From an uncultured Eubacteriales bacterium (GTDB taxonomy: Bacteria > Bacillota > Clostridia > Oscillospirales > CAG-272), in the NCBI GenBank assembly GCA_900546315.1, contig URCP01000002.1:19314-83313 (forward strand): a stretch of DNA of 64,000 bases. Reading direction: 5' to 3'. Below are positions 63,181 through 64,000 of the stretch, one piece after another. The notes beneath the pieces were generated by a model, which had not been told where the DNA came from, made no database searches, and worked only from the letters and a program-made list of their open reading frames with translations. The position numbers were made by a program, and so were the translations under genes. Position 1 is the stretch's first letter; each line of letters starts with the position of its first letter.

Positions 63181-64000
63181 AAAAATTGCTCAATACACTC
63201 TATGTCACAATACCTGACGCTTACCTGCGGCTTGACGGCGAGTCTGTTGTGATTTGCGGCGAAGAGGATGTGATCGGCAGAATCCCGCTTATCAACCTGC
63301 AATCAATAGTTTGTTTTTCATATAAGGGCGTGAGTCCGGCGCTGCTCGGAGCTTGTGCCGAGCGCGGGATAGAGGTCTGCTTTCTCAGCAATCACGGAAG
63401 ATTTCTCGCACGGGTATGCGGACCGGTTCACGGGAATGTGCTGCTCCGTGAGGCACAGATGACACTGTCGGTCGACGACGGGAGATCACTTGAGGCAGCG
63501 AAGACCTTCATCGAGGCGAAGATATACAATTGCCGCTGGGTCATCGAACGGACGCTGCGCGATCATCCGCAGAGAGTTGACGAGGACGCGCTGCGGGACG
63601 CGATAGAGCAGCATAAGAAGTGCCTTGAACAGGTGCCATCGGTGTTGGATAACGGTGAACTTATGGGAATTGAGGGATCTGCGGCTAAGGCGTATTTCGG
63701 AGTGTTCGATCAGATGATCCTGAGAAATAAGGACGCTTTCAGATTCGACGAGCGGAACAGACGACCGCCGACTGACCGTGTGAACGCGTTGCTGTCCTTC
63801 ACATACACGCTTCTGACAAATGAGATCTGCGGAGCGCTTGAGAGCGTTGGACTTGACCCTTATGTCGGATATCTGCACAAGAAGCGTCCCGGGAGATGTT
63901 CGCTCGCGCTTGACATTCTCGAAGAATTAAGAGCCGCTTTTGCGGATAGGTTTGTTTTGTCACAGATAAATCTCGGCGCGGTGAACGGTGATGATTTCGA
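63177..64000 (+). CDS. cas1: CRISPR-associated endonuclease Cas1 (type I-C), 3'-truncated by the window end
   Basis: Not in the ORF track because there is no stop in the window. Own translation from the ATG at 63177 (ATGA overlap with the cas4 stop): MKKLLNTLYVTIPDAYLRLDGESVVICGEEDVIGRIPLINLQSIVCFSYKGVSPALLGACAERGIEVCFLSNHGRFLARV... is a typical Cas1 N-terminus. The frame is open to base 64000. Confidence 0.85.
   Translation, partial: MKKLLNTLYVTIPDAYLRLDGESVVICGEEDVIGRIPLINLQSIVCFSYKGVSPALLGACAERGIEVCFLSNHGRFLARVCGPVHGNVLLREAQMTLSVDDGRSLEAAKTFIEAKIYNCRWVIERTLRDHPQRVDEDALRDAIEQHKKCLEQVPSVLDNGELMGIEGSAAKAYFGVFDQMILRNKDAFRFDERNRRPPTDRVNALLSFTYTLLTNEICGALESVGLDPYVGYLHKKRPGRCSLALDILEELRAAFADRFVLSQINLGAVNGDDF

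Noticed and set aside
56128-64000. CRISPR repeat-spacer array expected near the type I-C cas genes.
   Set aside because: I saw no regularly spaced roughly 32-nt direct repeats upstream of cas3 or elsewhere in the window. The array, together with cas2, is presumably downstream of cas1 beyond base 64000.
1-64000. Insertion sequences, transposases, integrases, prophage genes, tRNA or rRNA genes.
   Set aside because: None of the ORF translations shows transposase or integrase motifs (DDE, or the tyrosine recombinase R..H..R..Y). I saw no terminal inverted repeats flanking a gene block. No tRNA-like cloverleaf or rRNA-like stretch was apparent in the intergenic regions I examined.

Overview
This 64-kb window looks like it comes from a Gram-positive, probably spore-forming, Clostridia-like Firmicute. 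The evidence is lipobox signal peptides, an LPXTG protein, an alpha/beta-type SASP remnant, and moderately high GC judged by eye (not computed).

Gene content:
- About 56 kb is a mosaic of seven short carbohydrate-utilisation cassettes. Each has a regulator (AraC, LacI, MerR or DeoR), one roughly 480-500-aa solute-binding lipoprotein (SBP), and signal-peptide-less enzymes: GH43, GH36, GH32, beta-helix proteins, Gfo/Idh/MocA oxidoreductases, a xylose-isomerase-like TIM barrel, and a divergent glycyl radical enzyme.
- No ABC importer permease or ATPase gene is present in the window.
- Four cassettes instead carry about 285-aa DMT/EamA-type permeases.
- Interspersed genes: a MATE exporter, an ABC exporter, an AAC(3)-family acetyltransferase, a decayed glycosylation locus, an LPXTG adhesin, and a methyltransferase/hydrolase islet.
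- The 3' end carries a type I-C cas operon (cas3-cas5-cas8c-cas7-cas4-cas1, truncated by the window end). No CRISPR array is in view.

Most interesting observations:
- The recurrent SBP + DMT permease linkage, which suggests an SBP-dependent secondary transporter.
- An orphan, motif-divergent glycyl radical enzyme with an unknown 666-aa partner inside a sugar cassette.
- Several homopolymer frameshifts, gene remnants and well-defined regulatory sites.

All family calls come from motif recognition by eye. No database search was run.
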